DNA of 64,000 bases, taken from positions 21,828 to 85,827 of the forward strand of contig PFDV01000008.1 of the NCBI GenBank assembly GCA_002772745.1. The letters are read 5' to 3'. The DNA comes from Candidatus Peregrinibacteria bacterium CG10_big_fil_rev_8_21_14_0_10_55_24 (GTDB lineage Bacteria > Patescibacteriota > Gracilibacteria > Peribacterales > Peribacteraceae). The notes under the pieces were generated by a model that had not been told where the DNA came from, searched no databases, and worked only from the letters and a program-made list of their open reading frames with translations. Of this stretch, positions 44,272 to 54,386 are shown one piece after another (position 1 is the first letter of the stretch; every line of letters begins with the position of its first letter). The translations under genes and the position numbers were made by a program.

Positions 44272-45237
44272 ATGCAACTCTCCAAACTCTTTCGCCGCAT
44301 TGTGGAACTGGGAATCGAAGCAGACCCCCGCCCAAAGAAGGAGATTGAGAACATTCTCAGAAAGCATGCCGAGCATAAGAAGAAACTTGAAGGCAATGAG
44401 AAGGAGCTCTTCGACGACGAGCGCCTGTGGAATCCGTACAGCGACTCGCGCATTTTGCACGGAAAAGGAACGGAAGAGGTGAAGTCCCTCATTGTGGGAA
44501 TCGACGTGGAAACCCCCGAGTTGATGCTGGTGGATCACCTCATGCGTGGAGGAATGAAGATTGACGCCGTGATGATGCACCATCCGGAAGGACGAGCGCT
44601 CGCCGACCTGGAGAAAGTTCTCCCCATGCAGATTGACATCCTCCATAGTGTGGGAGTTCCGGAAAATATCGCCGAAGGACAACTCAGGCCCCGCATGGAA
44701 CGCGTCTGGCGCGCCATTCATGCCGACAACCTGTTTCGCTCGCAACGCGCAGCCGAGCTCCTGAAGATCACGGCATTCAACTGCCACACGCCATCGGATA
44801 ACTTCGTCTGGAGGTTCATTGAGAAAACGATCTGCACAAAGCGATTCGACACCCTCGGTGAAATTCTCAAGGCACTCCTCGAGATCCCCGAATACAAGGA
44901 GTACGCACGACGCGGTAATCCTCCCATTATCGTCAACGGCGCCAAATACAGCCGACCGGGGAAAGTGGTTGCCACCGAATTCACGGGCGGCACCAACGGC
45001 CCGGAGGAGTTCATCGAATCGCAGGGACGCGCCGGCGTGGGAACCATCCTGACGATGCACGCAACGGAGAAAGCGCTGGAAAAAGCAAAGGAACACCACG
45101 TGAATGTCATCCAGTGCAGCCACATTGCCTCGGACTCCATCGGCTTAAACCTCCTCCTCGACCGGCTGGTTAAAGAAGAGAAAATGCTCACTGTGCAAGA
45201 ATTCTCCGGTTTCGTACGTGTGAAACGGTCGAAGTAG
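44272..45237 (+). CDS. NIF3/DUF34-family (GTP cyclohydrolase 1 type 2-like) metal-binding protein
   Basis: DAVMMHHPEG and HIASDSIGLN, the NIF3-type His/Asp motifs. The start is moved to ATG 44272 to avoid the divergent flavodoxin gene. Confidence 0.75.
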   Translation: MQLSKLFRRIVELGIEADPRPKKEIENILRKHAEHKKKLEGNEKELFDDERLWNPYSDSRILHGKGTEEVKSLIVGIDVETPELMLVDHLMRGGMKIDAVMMHHPEGRALADLEKVLPMQIDILHSVGVPENIAEGQLRPRMERVWRAIHADNLFRSQRAAELLKITAFNCHTPSDNFVWRFIEKTICTKRFDTLGEILKALLEIPEYKEYARRGNPPIIVNGAKYSRPGKVVATEFTGGTNGPEEFIESQGRAGVGTILTMHATEKALEKAKEHHVNVIQCSHIASDSIGLNLLLDRLVKEEKMLTVQEFSGFVRVKRSK

Positions 45238-45441
45238 CTCTTCCAATGCCGTTGGAAATCCTGTCAATGACAAGGAAGCCATGCAGACTCCGGAAAACTA
45301 CAGAGAGTTTGCTCAAGGAGCCTTGATTTTTGAGAAGTGCGCAGGTAGAGTCCGCGCGCTTTGACCCTCCTTACAATGAAACGCGCACAATCCTCTTCCA
45401 TAAGCCAAAAAATGACATCTGCAACACCATTTACAGCCATC

Positions 45442-45756
45442 ATGGATACAGAGGAACAAGAAGCGAAACGTGTCAAACAGGAACTCGACGCGATGCAACG
45501 CGAACGAGAGGAAGTGGAAAAGGCGATTGCAGAGAAGGAGATACAAGCGGAGGAGTCGCTCCGGAAGGAAGCGCGTGAGGACCTCCAGAAGTACAAGGAC
45601 TCCGAGCTTTCCTTCATTCTGAAAACTGCGGAAATCGAAGCGGAGCGAGAGTGCTCTCAACTTGCAGAGCGTTCGGCCAAACATACAGAAGAACAGGTGA
45701 AGGAATTGGTTACAGGAATGGTTCGTCCTGATGCTTCCCTCTTTCCTGACGTATAG
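45442..45756 (+). CDS. Coiled-coil protein, candidate V-ATPase peripheral-stalk subunit (G/H-like)
   Basis: About 104 aa, Glu/Lys-rich and helical (EEQEAKRVKQELDAMQREREEVEKAIAEKE). It lies immediately upstream of subunit I, as in other V/A-ATPase operons. Confidence 0.45.
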   Translation: MDTEEQEAKRVKQELDAMQREREEVEKAIAEKEIQAEESLRKEAREDLQKYKDSELSFILKTAEIEAERECSQLAERSAKHTEEQVKELVTGMVRPDASLFPDV

Positions 45757-45758
45757 GT

Positions 45759-47693
45759 ATGGCAGTCGTACCGATGCAAAAAGTGGCCGTCATCGCTCAC
45801 GCATCGGCGCGTGAGGATCTGATTGAGGCCCTGCATCGCGAGGGAGCCATGGAGCTCTCTGAGACAAAACATCCCGTGCCCGTCGACCACACAGAAGTTA
45901 ATTTTCGCTCTGCCGAGCTTACATTCGCCATCGATATTCTCAAGAATTTCGCATCGAAGGAAACGCAGAAAGCCGTGGAAAAGCCGACGACCTTCGACCA
46001 AGTCCTGTTCGCAACACAGCACACCGATACGCGCGGCATCATTGATGAACTCCACCGATTAGAGGAGGAGGACACCGAAGCGGAGCACCATCGCAGAGAA
46101 GCGCAAATTCTCGCTCAGAAACTGGAACCCTGGACAGCACTTTCGTGTCCGCTTTCCGTTCCTCGATCCACACAGTGGACCGTACGAATTTTCGGCACAT
46201 TGGCCGTAGAGCGCCTCCCTGCTCTGCGTTCACTGCTCTCCGCGGAGCTCCCCCGCACAGAGCTTGAAGAAATACAGCAATCTTCCAACCTGTTCTCCCT
46301 GGTCGCACACGTGTGGAAAGAGGATGTTGAACGCTTCATGCAGATTGCAACGACAGAAGGATGGACCGATGTGGAGCTGCCTTCCCTTGATGCCCCTCCC
46401 CGTGTCCTCCATGAACAAGCGCTGATGGGAGTAAAGGAAATGGAGAGCATCCGGCGACGCAACACCGAAGCACGCGCTCGTCTGTCGGTAGAACTCCCCA
46501 ATCTTGTGAAAGTGCGACAGTTCCTGCACTGGTTGGATGAGAAACAATCCGCCCGCGAAGCCATGTCCCCCACGATGGACACCGTTACACTGCTCGGTTG
46601 GATCCCACGCGATTCTCTGGTCCTTTTGGAGGATCGTTTACATCGTGTTTCTCCTGCCATTGCAGTGCTCAAGGTCAAACCCGACGAGGGAGAGGACGCT
46701 CCCGTGCTCCTCAAAAACCCACGGTTTGCGACCCCCTTTGAAAGCGTTACAAATCTCTACGGTCTTCCTCTCTACGGAGAGAGTGATCCCACACTGGCCC
46801 TTCTGCCATTTTTCGCTCTCTACTTTGCGCTCTGTCTGACAGATTCCGGCTATGGGGCCGTGCTTGCCATCGTCTTTGGAACGGTGTTGTGGAAGACCAA
46901 GAAGAGCATTGCCGAAGCGCGTCTTCTTTGGCTCCTCTTTCTTGTGGGTATACTCACGTTCTTCGTGAGTATTCCCTTCGGCGGATGGTTCGGTTTGGCG
47001 CCGGAGCAAGTTCCATCCTTCCTCACAAAAACCACTGCGGATGGCAGCCTCTTCTTCCGAGGACAGGTTTGGAACTTGAACACGCAGAGCGGTATTACGT
47101 TCCTGCAAAACCTTTCACTGATCCTCGGTATCACCCACCTGTTCTTCGGAATGTTCCTTGCCGGCTACCACAAATGGATCCACGGGAAAAAAGCTGAGGC
47201 CCTCTGGACAAACTTCACCCCGCACCTGCTCTTAGGGAGCGTGCTCTTTCTGGTTTTTGCCCCTGCCGAAATGAAGGATACAGCCCGCTACGTGCTCTAT
47301 GGAGCAGTCGCTCTCCTGGTTTGGGGTAAAGGATACGGAACGAAGTGGTTCCTTCGTCCGATCATAGGTGCGCTGGGCGTGATGAATCTCTCCATCGGAC
47401 TCCTGAGCAACAGCCTAAGCTACCTGCGCATCCTGGCACTGGGACTCGTCACTGGAGCAATCGCCATGGCCGTGAACCAGGTCGCCGTGGAGATGGGAAA
47501 ATTGTTCCCCGTATGGATCGGTGTTCCGGTGATCGTCGTAATCTTCCTCGGCGGACATCTGGTGAGTATCGCCCTCAATACACTGGGCAGCTTCATCCAC
47601 TCAGGCCGCCTGCAATTCATCGAATTCTTCAGTCAATTCTTTGAAGGTGGCGGTCGTCCGTTCTCCCCGTTCCGCCGTTCGGTACGTCTTTGA
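45759..47693 (+). CDS. ntpI: V-type ATPase subunit I (a-subunit, stator/proton channel)
   Basis: 644 aa. Soluble N-terminal half and a polytopic C-terminal half with SYLRILALGL (the essential Arg) and FIHSGRLQFIEFFSQFFEGGG. Confidence 0.85.
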   Translation: MAVVPMQKVAVIAHASAREDLIEALHREGAMELSETKHPVPVDHTEVNFRSAELTFAIDILKNFASKETQKAVEKPTTFDQVLFATQHTDTRGIIDELHRLEEEDTEAEHHRREAQILAQKLEPWTALSCPLSVPRSTQWTVRIFGTLAVERLPALRSLLSAELPRTELEEIQQSSNLFSLVAHVWKEDVERFMQIATTEGWTDVELPSLDAPPRVLHEQALMGVKEMESIRRRNTEARARLSVELPNLVKVRQFLHWLDEKQSAREAMSPTMDTVTLLGWIPRDSLVLLEDRLHRVSPAIAVLKVKPDEGEDAPVLLKNPRFATPFESVTNLYGLPLYGESDPTLALLPFFALYFALCLTDSGYGAVLAIVFGTVLWKTKKSIAEARLLWLLFLVGILTFFVSIPFGGWFGLAPEQVPSFLTKTTADGSLFFRGQVWNLNTQSGITFLQNLSLILGITHLFFGMFLAGYHKWIHGKKAEALWTNFTPHLLLGSVLFLVFAPAEMKDTARYVLYGAVALLVWGKGYGTKWFLRPIIGALGVMNLSIGLLSNSLSYLRILALGLVTGAIAMAVNQVAVEMGKLFPVWIGVPVIVVIFLGGHLVSIALNTLGSFIHSGRLQFIEFFSQFFEGGGRPFSPFRRSVRL

Positions 47694-47725
47694 CTCTGCG
47701 TTTATTTTCTTCCTTTCCTCATCCC

Positions 47726-48346
47726 ATGAAACGCTTTATTTCTCCCCGCCATGAGCTGCGTCGAATGGTTCCCGTCCTCATAGCAGCAGGCACCCTCGCT
47801 CCGCTCGTCGCGCTGGCGCAAGAACCGGCAGCTGCCGAGGTGGTCACGCATGCAGGAGCAATCCAGTGGGGCCTTGGCCTCGCATTCCTCGGTGCCGCCC
47901 TTGCGACATTCCTTGCCTGTCTTGGCTCCATTCTTGGCGTCGGTGCCATGGGTCAGGCCGGTGCCGGTCTCCTTACCGAAAAGCCGGATCTTGCCGGCAA
48001 GGTCATCACCCTCATGGTGCTTCCCGGCTCCCAGGGACTCTACGGCATGGTGATTTCCCTGCTCTTCATCTTCAATTACGGCCCGGTAATCTCGGGCGAA
48101 GTTTCCATCAGCGTGAGTCAGGGATTCATCCTCCTCATGGCCTGCTTGCCCGTTGCCATCACCTGTCTCACATCAGGACCCTACCAATCCAAAGTCTGTG
48201 CTGCGGGTCTCCATATGCTCGCTCGCGACGACAAGCTCGCCGGTCGCGTGATCACGATGGCCGCTCTCGTGGAAACATACGCACTGCTCGGATTCCTGAT
48301 CTCTTTCTTCATGATGAACAGTTTCCGGGCTGGCATCATCGGCTAA
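47726..48346 (+). CDS. ntpK: V-type ATPase subunit K (c-ring proteolipid, double hairpin)
   Basis: LPGSQGLYGMV and AALVETYALLGFLISF resemble Enterococcus hirae NtpK. The start is taken at ATG 47726 (track start 47690). Confidence 0.85.
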   Translation: MKRFISPRHELRRMVPVLIAAGTLAPLVALAQEPAAAEVVTHAGAIQWGLGLAFLGAALATFLACLGSILGVGAMGQAGAGLLTEKPDLAGKVITLMVLPGSQGLYGMVISLLFIFNYGPVISGEVSISVSQGFILLMACLPVAITCLTSGPYQSKVCAAGLHMLARDDKLAGRVITMAALVETYALLGFLISFFMMNSFRAGIIG

Positions 48347-48377
48347 TTGCTTTCCCCCTCTCGTTCCCTCCGTTCCC

Positions 48378-48938
48378 ATGGCTCTTGCAGACATTCTCGT
48401 CGCAATCTCATCACACGCAGACCAGCGTATCGCAGAGGCGCGGACCGTCCATCAGAAACACCTCACGCAGTTGCGCGAGGCGAGCGAGCGAGCGATTGCC
48501 GGGAAGAAGCAATCCATTGCCCAGCAGAAGGAGCAGCGCAAGAATCAGCTGAAAGCCAAAGCAGAGAATCATGCAGCGATGGTGAAGAGGAATGCGCTCC
48601 TTAGAAAGAAGCGCGAACTTTTGGATAGCACCTACGCCGCTGTCACCGAGAAGCTCTCCGCCCTTCCGCCAAACACCGTAGAGCCGCTTTTACGTGCTTG
48701 CCTGAAATCCATCAGAGGGAAGGGGATCATTCACCCTGCACGCAAGCACGCCGATCTGCTCAAGCGCTTGGCAGACTCCGCTCAGTTCTCCATGGGCGAA
48801 CCGATCGACGCAGCCGGAGGATTCTTATTTTCCTCCCTAAAACAGGAACAGGATTGCACGTTTGAGCATTTGATTTCCGAAGTTCTGCGTCCGCAGACGG
48901 AACTCGAGGTTTCCCGTTCGCTCTTCACCGCAGCGTAA
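48378..48938 (+). CDS. ntpE: V-type ATPase subunit E
   Basis: 186 aa. Long N-terminal helix, globular C-terminus (GGFLFSS...FEHLI), and operon position. Confidence 0.7.
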   Translation: MALADILVAISSHADQRIAEARTVHQKHLTQLREASERAIAGKKQSIAQQKEQRKNQLKAKAENHAAMVKRNALLRKKRELLDSTYAAVTEKLSALPPNTVEPLLRACLKSIRGKGIIHPARKHADLLKRLADSAQFSMGEPIDAAGGFLFSSLKQEQDCTFEHLISEVLRPQTELEVSRSLFTAA

Positions 48939-49949
48939 GTGCAAGAATTGCGTTCCCTCATCGGCCAGCATTTCGCCTTTGCGCACGGACGCATGGGCGT
49001 GCTGCGCCATATGCTCCTTACACAAGCGGATGTCGACCGCCTGCTGGGGGCACACTCCCTGAAAGAAACGGAGAATATCCTCACAGAACTCAAACTCACG
49101 GACATCATCGACCAAGGCATCAGTGATGGCCACAGTATGCTCGAGGCCATCGGCGCCTGGATGCGCAGGGAAGTGGAAGTCATGTCGCATCCCATCCACC
49201 GAGTGATATTCCACATCCTATGGCTCCAGGAAGATGCACCACTGCTCGCACTCTTACTCAAACAGCATCACAACCTTACGAGAGAACGCACGGAGGAGCC
49301 TACGATCGGCATCAGTGCCTATGATCCTGTTGCCCTGCAGACACTGGTCCACAAAGGCGTGAGTGGCACGCTCCCCTCACATCTCGTTGCGTTTGTGGAA
49401 CAGGTGAAAGCGTTCGACCAGCCATCCCCTCGCACGGTGGATACTGCCATTGCAAATTACATTGCCAATCTCCAGCTCCGCCTGGCCCGCGCAAGCGGCT
49501 CTTTTGCAATTCGACGCTTCGTGACGCACCAGATCGATCTTATGAATATCCGCACTGCCCTGCGCCTTAGGGATGAGGACCGCAAGGCGTCGCTCCCCTA
49601 CCTCCTTGCAGGGGGAACCGTCTCGCGTACAGGGCTTGCGGGTAACGAGAAGGAGATCGCAACGGCGATCGCGCGCTCGCCCATGGGGTTTTCTCTGCCT
49701 GCGGATTCTTCGGAAACTTTTGCAGACCCCATCGCCTTCGAGCAAGCCGCCGCCCACATCATGGCTGCCGATATCTCCGCCATGTGGAATGTGCCGCTCT
49801 CGATTGAACCTCTGTTTGCTTTTGCAGCAATGACACTTTCACATCTCCGACTCGTACGGACCATCCTCATCGCCAAGGCAAATGCCATCGGGCCGCAAGA
49901 GATCAAACGCATGCTCCCCCCCTTCATTTCCGCCACGCGCTTCCTCTAA
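48939..49949 (+). CDS. ntpC: V-type ATPase subunit C (eukaryotic d homologue)
   Basis: 336 aa, all-helical, with DLMNIRTALRL typical of the family. Operon position. GTG start directly after the subunit E stop. Confidence 0.75.
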   Translation: MQELRSLIGQHFAFAHGRMGVLRHMLLTQADVDRLLGAHSLKETENILTELKLTDIIDQGISDGHSMLEAIGAWMRREVEVMSHPIHRVIFHILWLQEDAPLLALLLKQHHNLTRERTEEPTIGISAYDPVALQTLVHKGVSGTLPSHLVAFVEQVKAFDQPSPRTVDTAIANYIANLQLRLARASGSFAIRRFVTHQIDLMNIRTALRLRDEDRKASLPYLLAGGTVSRTGLAGNEKEIATAIARSPMGFSLPADSSETFADPIAFEQAAAHIMAADISAMWNVPLSIEPLFAFAAMTLSHLRLVRTILIAKANAIGPQEIKRMLPPFISATRFL

Positions 49950-50299
49950 TGCAGTATCGCATCGCCATCATCGGTTCCCGTGATACCGTTGCGGGCTTCG
50001 CCCTCCTGGGAGTGGACGTCGTGCCGGTCATCGGCCCGCAGCAAGCTGTGGAGGAACTCTTTCGTCTGAAGAGGGAGCTGACAAAGGACGAAGTCGGTGT
50101 GGAGCGCAACACGTATGCCATTGTTTTTATCAGTGAAGACCTCGCGAGCGGGATTTCTCCGGAAGATGAGAAGAAGCTCGCTCGCGGGGCCTTGCCCGCT
50201 ATCATTCCCCTCCCTTCCCACCGCGGCTCCACGGGCTACGGTCTCTCCAGACTCAAACGTATCGTGGAACGCGCCGTTGGATCGGACATCCTGAAGTAA
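49949..50299 (+). CDS. V-type ATPase subunit F
   Basis: 116 aa. MQYRIAIIGSRDTVAGFALLGVDV is the typical subunit F N-terminus. Confidence 0.8.
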   Translation: MQYRIAIIGSRDTVAGFALLGVDVVPVIGPQQAVEELFRLKRELTKDEVGVERNTYAIVFISEDLASGISPEDEKKLARGALPAIIPLPSHRGSTGYGLSRLKRIVERAVGSDILK

Positions 50300-50335
50300 T
50301 TCCCCAACCCCAAGTACTCCATTCCCCAGTCCACC

Positions 50336-52156
50336 ATGTCCACTCATCCCACTATCGTCAAGGTCGCCGGCCCACTCGTCGTCGCCAAAGGCATGAAGGA
50401 TGCCAAGATGTACGAAGTCGTGCGCGTCTCGAAGGAAAACCTCATTGGCGAGGTGGTCGAGCTGCACGGCGACCGCGCTTCCATTCAGGTCTACGAGGAA
50501 ACAAGTGGCATTGGCCCGGGGGAACCGATCAAATGCACCGGCGAAACGCTCTCGGTGGAACTCGCACCCGGACTCCTCATGTCCTTCTACGACGGCATCC
50601 AGCGCCCCTTGGAACTGATTGAGCAGGAAGCGAAGAGTCCGTACATCACTCGCGGTATCAACGTGCCGGGTTTAGACCGAACGCGCCGATGGGAGTTTAA
50701 GGCAGTTGCGAAACCGGGGGACACGATGGAGGAAGGAGACATTCTAGGAACCGTGCAGGAAACGACGCTCATTGAGCACAAGATCATGGTGCCTCCGGGA
50801 GTGCGCGGAACGGTGAAGACTATCGTTTCCGGTTCTTTCGTCATTGAAGACATCATCGCCGTTCTGGATACCCCCCAGGGCAAGAAGGAGATCACCATGC
50901 TGCAACGCTGGCCGATCCGCATTCCGCGTCCCTGTAAGAAGAAACTCATCCCAACGGAACCGCTCGTTACGGGGACCCGTATCCTCGACACACTCTTCCC
51001 TGTCGCCCGTGGAGGAGCAGGAGCTATCCCCGGCCCCTTTGGAGCGGGGAAGACCGTGACGCAACAGAGCTTGGCAAAGTTCTGCGATGCGAAGGTGATT
51101 GTCTACATCGGTTGCGGCGAGCGCGGCAACGAGATGACCGACGTACTCAAGGAGTTCCCGGAACTTGAGGACCCGAACTCCGGCGAACCGCTCATGAAAC
51201 GCACAGTGCTCATTGCAAATACGAGCAACATGCCCGTTGCCGCCCGCGAAGCGAGCGTCTACACGGGAATCACTATCGCGGAGTACTACCGTGATATGGG
51301 GTACGACGTCGCCCTGATGGCCGACTCCACGTCACGCTGGGCGGAAGCCATGCGCGAAATGTCCGGCCGCCTGGAGGAGATGCCCGGCGAGGAAGGTTAT
51401 CCCGCGTACCTTGGATCTCGCACCGCCGGCTTCTATGAGCGTGCGGGCTCCGTTCAATGTCTGGGTGATGATCAACGCAAAGGCTCGCTCACGGTCATCG
51501 GTGCCGTGTCACCTCCGGGGGGAGACTTTTCGGAACCCGTGACGCAGAACACGCTGCGCGTCACCAAAGTGTTCTGGGCACTGGACGCAAAACTCGCCTA
51601 CAAGCGACACTTCCCTTCCATTAACTGGCTGCAGAGTTACTCGCTCTACGCAGACAACTTAGGAAGTTACTATTCGAAGGAAATTGCGAGTGACTTCTCC
51701 CAGAATCGCAACAGAGCCATGGGCATCCTGCAGGAGGAAAGTAAGCTGGAGGAAATCGTGCGTCTGGTAGGAACGGATGCGCTCTCTCCCAAGGAGCAAC
51801 TCACATTGGAAACCGCAAAGATGATCCGCGAGGATTTCCTCTTCCAGAACGCCTTTGACCGCGTAGATGCCTACACGTCGCTGCGGAAGCAATACCGCAT
51901 TTTAAGAGCAATCCTCACCTTCATGGATGCGGCAAAACCTGTCATTGAGCAGGAGGATTTTGAATTCTCCAAACTGCAACAGATGCCGGTAAAAGAGGAG
52001 ATCAGTAAGGCACACTTCATTGCCGAAAAGGAAGTCGAGGAGAAGTTCGATGCCCTAGAGGAGAAAATCCGCAAGCAAGCCGCCACGTTGCGCATCCAGA
52101 AAATGGGAACAATGCGGTCCTCCGATGATCGCGAATTCTCTTCCGTTTCCGCCTGA
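50336..52156 (+). CDS. ntpA: V-type ATPase catalytic subunit A
   Basis: Walker [10 protein letters not shown], the non-homologous insert region, [16 protein letters not shown] and [10 protein letters not shown]. Confidence 0.95.
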   Translation: MSTHPTIVKVAGPLVVAKGMKDAKMYEVVRVSKENLIGEVVELHGDRASIQVYEETSGIGPGEPIKCTGETLSVELAPGLLMSFYDGIQRPLELIEQEAKSPYITRGINVPGLDRTRRWEFKAVAKPGDTMEEGDILGTVQETTLIEHKIMVPPGVRGTVKTIVSGSFVIEDIIAVLDTPQGKKEITMLQRWPIRIPRPCKKKLIPTEPLVTGTRILDTLFPVARGGAGAIPGPFGAGKTVTQQSLAKFCDAKVIVYIGCGERGNEMTDVLKEFPELEDPNSGEPLMKRTVLIANTSNMPVAAREASVYTGITIAEYYRDMGYDVALMADSTSRWAEAMREMSGRLEEMPGEEGYPAYLGSRTAGFYERAGSVQCLGDDQRKGSLTVIGAVSPPGGDFSEPVTQNTLRVTKVFWALDAKLAYKRHFPSINWLQSYSLYADNLGSYYSKEIASDFSQNRNRAMGILQEESKLEEIVRLVGTDALSPKEQLTLETAKMIREDFLFQNAFDRVDAYTSLRKQYRILRAILTFMDAAKPVIEQEDFEFSKLQQMPVKEEISKAHFIAEKEVEEKFDALEEKIRKQAATLRIQKMGTMRSSDDREFSSVSA

Positions 52157-52180
52157 CCCTAGCCCTTAACCCTTTCACTC

Positions 52181-53611
52181 ATGTCCACTGCTTACAAGAC
52201 TGTCACCGATATCGCCGGGCCGCTCCTCATGGTTGATGGAGTGGAAGGCGTAACGTACGACGAGCTCTGCGAGGTAGAACTCGTAAGCGGCCGCAAGATC
52301 CTCGGGAAGGTGCTTGAATCCCGCGAGGGCGTTGCCGTAGTGCAACTCTTTGAATCCGCACAGGGTGCGGCAACGGAGGGCACCAAGGTTCGATTTTTGG
52401 CGCGCGCGTTCCAAATCGGCGTTTCCGAGGACATCCTTGGTCGTGTGTTCTCCGGATCGGGCCGCCCCATCGATGGAGGCCCGGACATCGTCCCCGAGAA
52501 AAGGCTCGACATTAACGGAGTTCCCATCAATCCATTCACACGCGAGTACCCGGATGACTTCATCCAAACGGGCATCTCTACCATCGATGTTCTCAATACG
52601 CTCGTACGCGGACAGAAACTGCCTATCTTCTCCGGAGCGGGCCTCCCCCATAACCAGCTCGCTGCCATGATCGCACGCCAGGCCCGCGTGCTCAATCGCG
52701 AGGAAGTGGAGAGTGGCAAGGCGGCGGAAGGGAACGAAGGCGCAAAGGAGAGCGGAGAGAAATTCGCAGTGGTCTTCGCAGCTATGGGTGTGACCTTCGA
52801 GGAAGCGCAGTACTTTCAACAAGAATTCGAGCGTACCGGCGCTCTCGCACGTGCCGTTCTCTTTGTAAACACGGCCGATAATCCGGTCGTCGAACGCATT
52901 GCCACCCCGCGTTTGGCGCTCACGACTGCGGAATACCTGGCTTTCGAGAAAGGCTACCACGTGACCGTGATTCTTACGGATATGACCAACTACTGCGAGG
53001 CGTTGCGAGAAGTTTCCGCCGCCCGCAAAGAGGTCCCCGGCCGTCGCGGCTATCCCGGCTACCTCTACACCGACCTTGCAACGATCTACGAACGTGCGGG
53101 ACGTATCCGCGGAAAGGAGGGATCCATCACGCAGATCCCGATCCTTACGATGCCAGAGGACGATGTGACGCATCCCATTCCGGACCTGACAGGCTACATC
53201 ACCGAAGGGCAGATCCGTTTGGACCGCGGCCTACACCAGAAGGGCATCTTCCCGCCGGTTATTCCGATGGGATCGCTCTCTCGCCTCAAGGGAAAAGCCC
53301 AAGGAGAGGGCAAAACGCGAGCGGACCACAGCGGATTGGATGCTCAGCTTACTGCCGCCTACGCACGTGGATCCGAGGTGCGCGAACTTGCGGTGATTCT
53401 CGGTGAGTCATCGCTCAATGAGGTAGATAAGACGTACCTGAAATTCGCTGATCGCTTCGAGAAGGAATTCATCACACAGGGCGAGCAGGAGAATCGTTCC
53501 ATTTTCCTGTCACTTGCGATTGGATGGGATCTCCTTACAGAACTCCCGAAGGAGGAGCTCAAACGGGTGAAACCTCAGCACATCGAACAGTACCTCAAGA
53601 AGCAATCCTAA
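52181..53611 (+). CDS. ntpB: V-type ATPase subunit B, with an in-frame low-complexity insertion
   Basis: [40 protein letters not shown] and [17 protein letters not shown]. The insertion [21 protein letters not shown] lies before FAVVFAAMG. Confidence 0.95.
   Translation: MSTAYKTVTDIAGPLLMVDGVEGVTYDELCEVELVSGRKILGKVLESREGVAVVQLFESAQGAATEGTKVRFLARAFQIGVSEDILGRVFSGSGRPIDGGPDIVPEKRLDINGVPINPFTREYPDDFIQTGISTIDVLNTLVRGQKLPIFSGAGLPHNQLAAMIARQARVLNREEVESGKAAEGNEGAKESGEKFAVVFAAMGVTFEEAQYFQQEFERTGALARAVLFVNTADNPVVERIATPRLALTTAEYLAFEKGYHVTVILTDMTNYCEALREVSAARKEVPGRRGYPGYLYTDLATIYERAGRIRGKEGSITQIPILTMPEDDVTHPIPDLTGYITEGQIRLDRGLHQKGIFPPVIPMGSLSRLKGKAQGEGKTRADHSGLDAQLTAAYARGSEVRELAVILGESSLNEVDKTYLKFADRFEKEFITQGEQENRSIFLSLAIGWDLLTELPKEELKRVKPQHIEQYLKKQS
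52700..52762 (+). repeat. 9-bp-period purine-strand array inside the V-ATPase B coding sequence (7 units, codon-aligned)
   Basis: Units: gaggaagtg gagagtggc aaggcggcg gaagggaac gaaggcgca aaggagagc ggagagaaa, which translate to [21 protein letters not shown]. Confidence 0.75.
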
Positions 53612-53616
53612 CACTT

Positions 53617-54381
53617 GTGACTATCCCCAATCTCTTCTCCCTCATCGGCACCTCCTGGGACTTCTTCCGTAAGCAACCCGTTCTCAACGGCGTGCTTCTT
53701 TGGTTCATCGCCCTACCGATGATGGCCATGACACTCATCGACATGGCCACAGAGGCATTTCCGGTATTTCAGGATATTACAAACCGTGGCGTTATCTTAG
53801 GAGAAACGGATTTTCGCCCACTCCTCGCCTATATCGTCATCGAGATTCTCCTGTCGCTTGTCATGCTCTGGGGAATCGCCTGCATACTCTTGGTGGGAAA
53901 GCGGCTCACGGTGAACAGGGCGGGCCGAACGCGTTCCTCGCTCAAGACAGTACGCAAGGAAGCTGTCGCATTCATTCTCCCTCTCCTCCTCACATCAATC
54001 CTACGGAGCTGTTTCACATTTTTGTGGGCGTTGCTCTTCATCGTACCGGGCGTGATCTACTACATCCGAACGATGTTCTACCACGTCGCTCTCGTCTGCG
54101 AAGGTCATCCGTACCGCTCCGCCCTGCAGAGGAGTTCCCAGATTGTGCGTGGGGCCACCTGGAAGGCTTTGGGTGCGATGCTTGGATTGAGCGTGGTGTT
54201 GTTCTTTCCTGTGATCATGATTGCGAGCATTCTCGACACGATCGCCCAGCGTTTGGATCCACGGCTACTTGTCGCTACTGCGGTGATTGATAGCGGACTT
54301 TTTGCCATCGTCCTCGTGCTCTTCACTATTTCGATGATTCTGCTCTATAACGAGCTGAAGAAAACTTCCCCCTCTGCGTAA
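53617..54381 (+). CDS. Polytopic membrane protein (DUF975/YciC-like topology) embedded in the V-ATPase operon
   Basis: GTG 53617 lies 6 nt after the subunit B stop. About 6 hydrophobic helices. It ends 5 nt before subunit D. Confidence 0.55.
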   Translation: MTIPNLFSLIGTSWDFFRKQPVLNGVLLWFIALPMMAMTLIDMATEAFPVFQDITNRGVILGETDFRPLLAYIVIEILLSLVMLWGIACILLVGKRLTVNRAGRTRSSLKTVRKEAVAFILPLLLTSILRSCFTFLWALLFIVPGVIYYIRTMFYHVALVCEGHPYRSALQRSSQIVRGATWKALGAMLGLSVVLFFPVIMIASILDTIAQRLDPRLLVATAVIDSGLFAIVLVLFTISMILLYNELKKTSPSA

Positions 54382-54386
54382 ACCCC

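Noticed and set aside
41049-45123. Long ORFs 41049..42317(+), 44011..45123(-) and, elsewhere, 52175..53173(-)
   Set aside because: They are antisense to the SLH/korA, NIF3 and V-ATPase B genes respectively. No motifs, and skewed composition.
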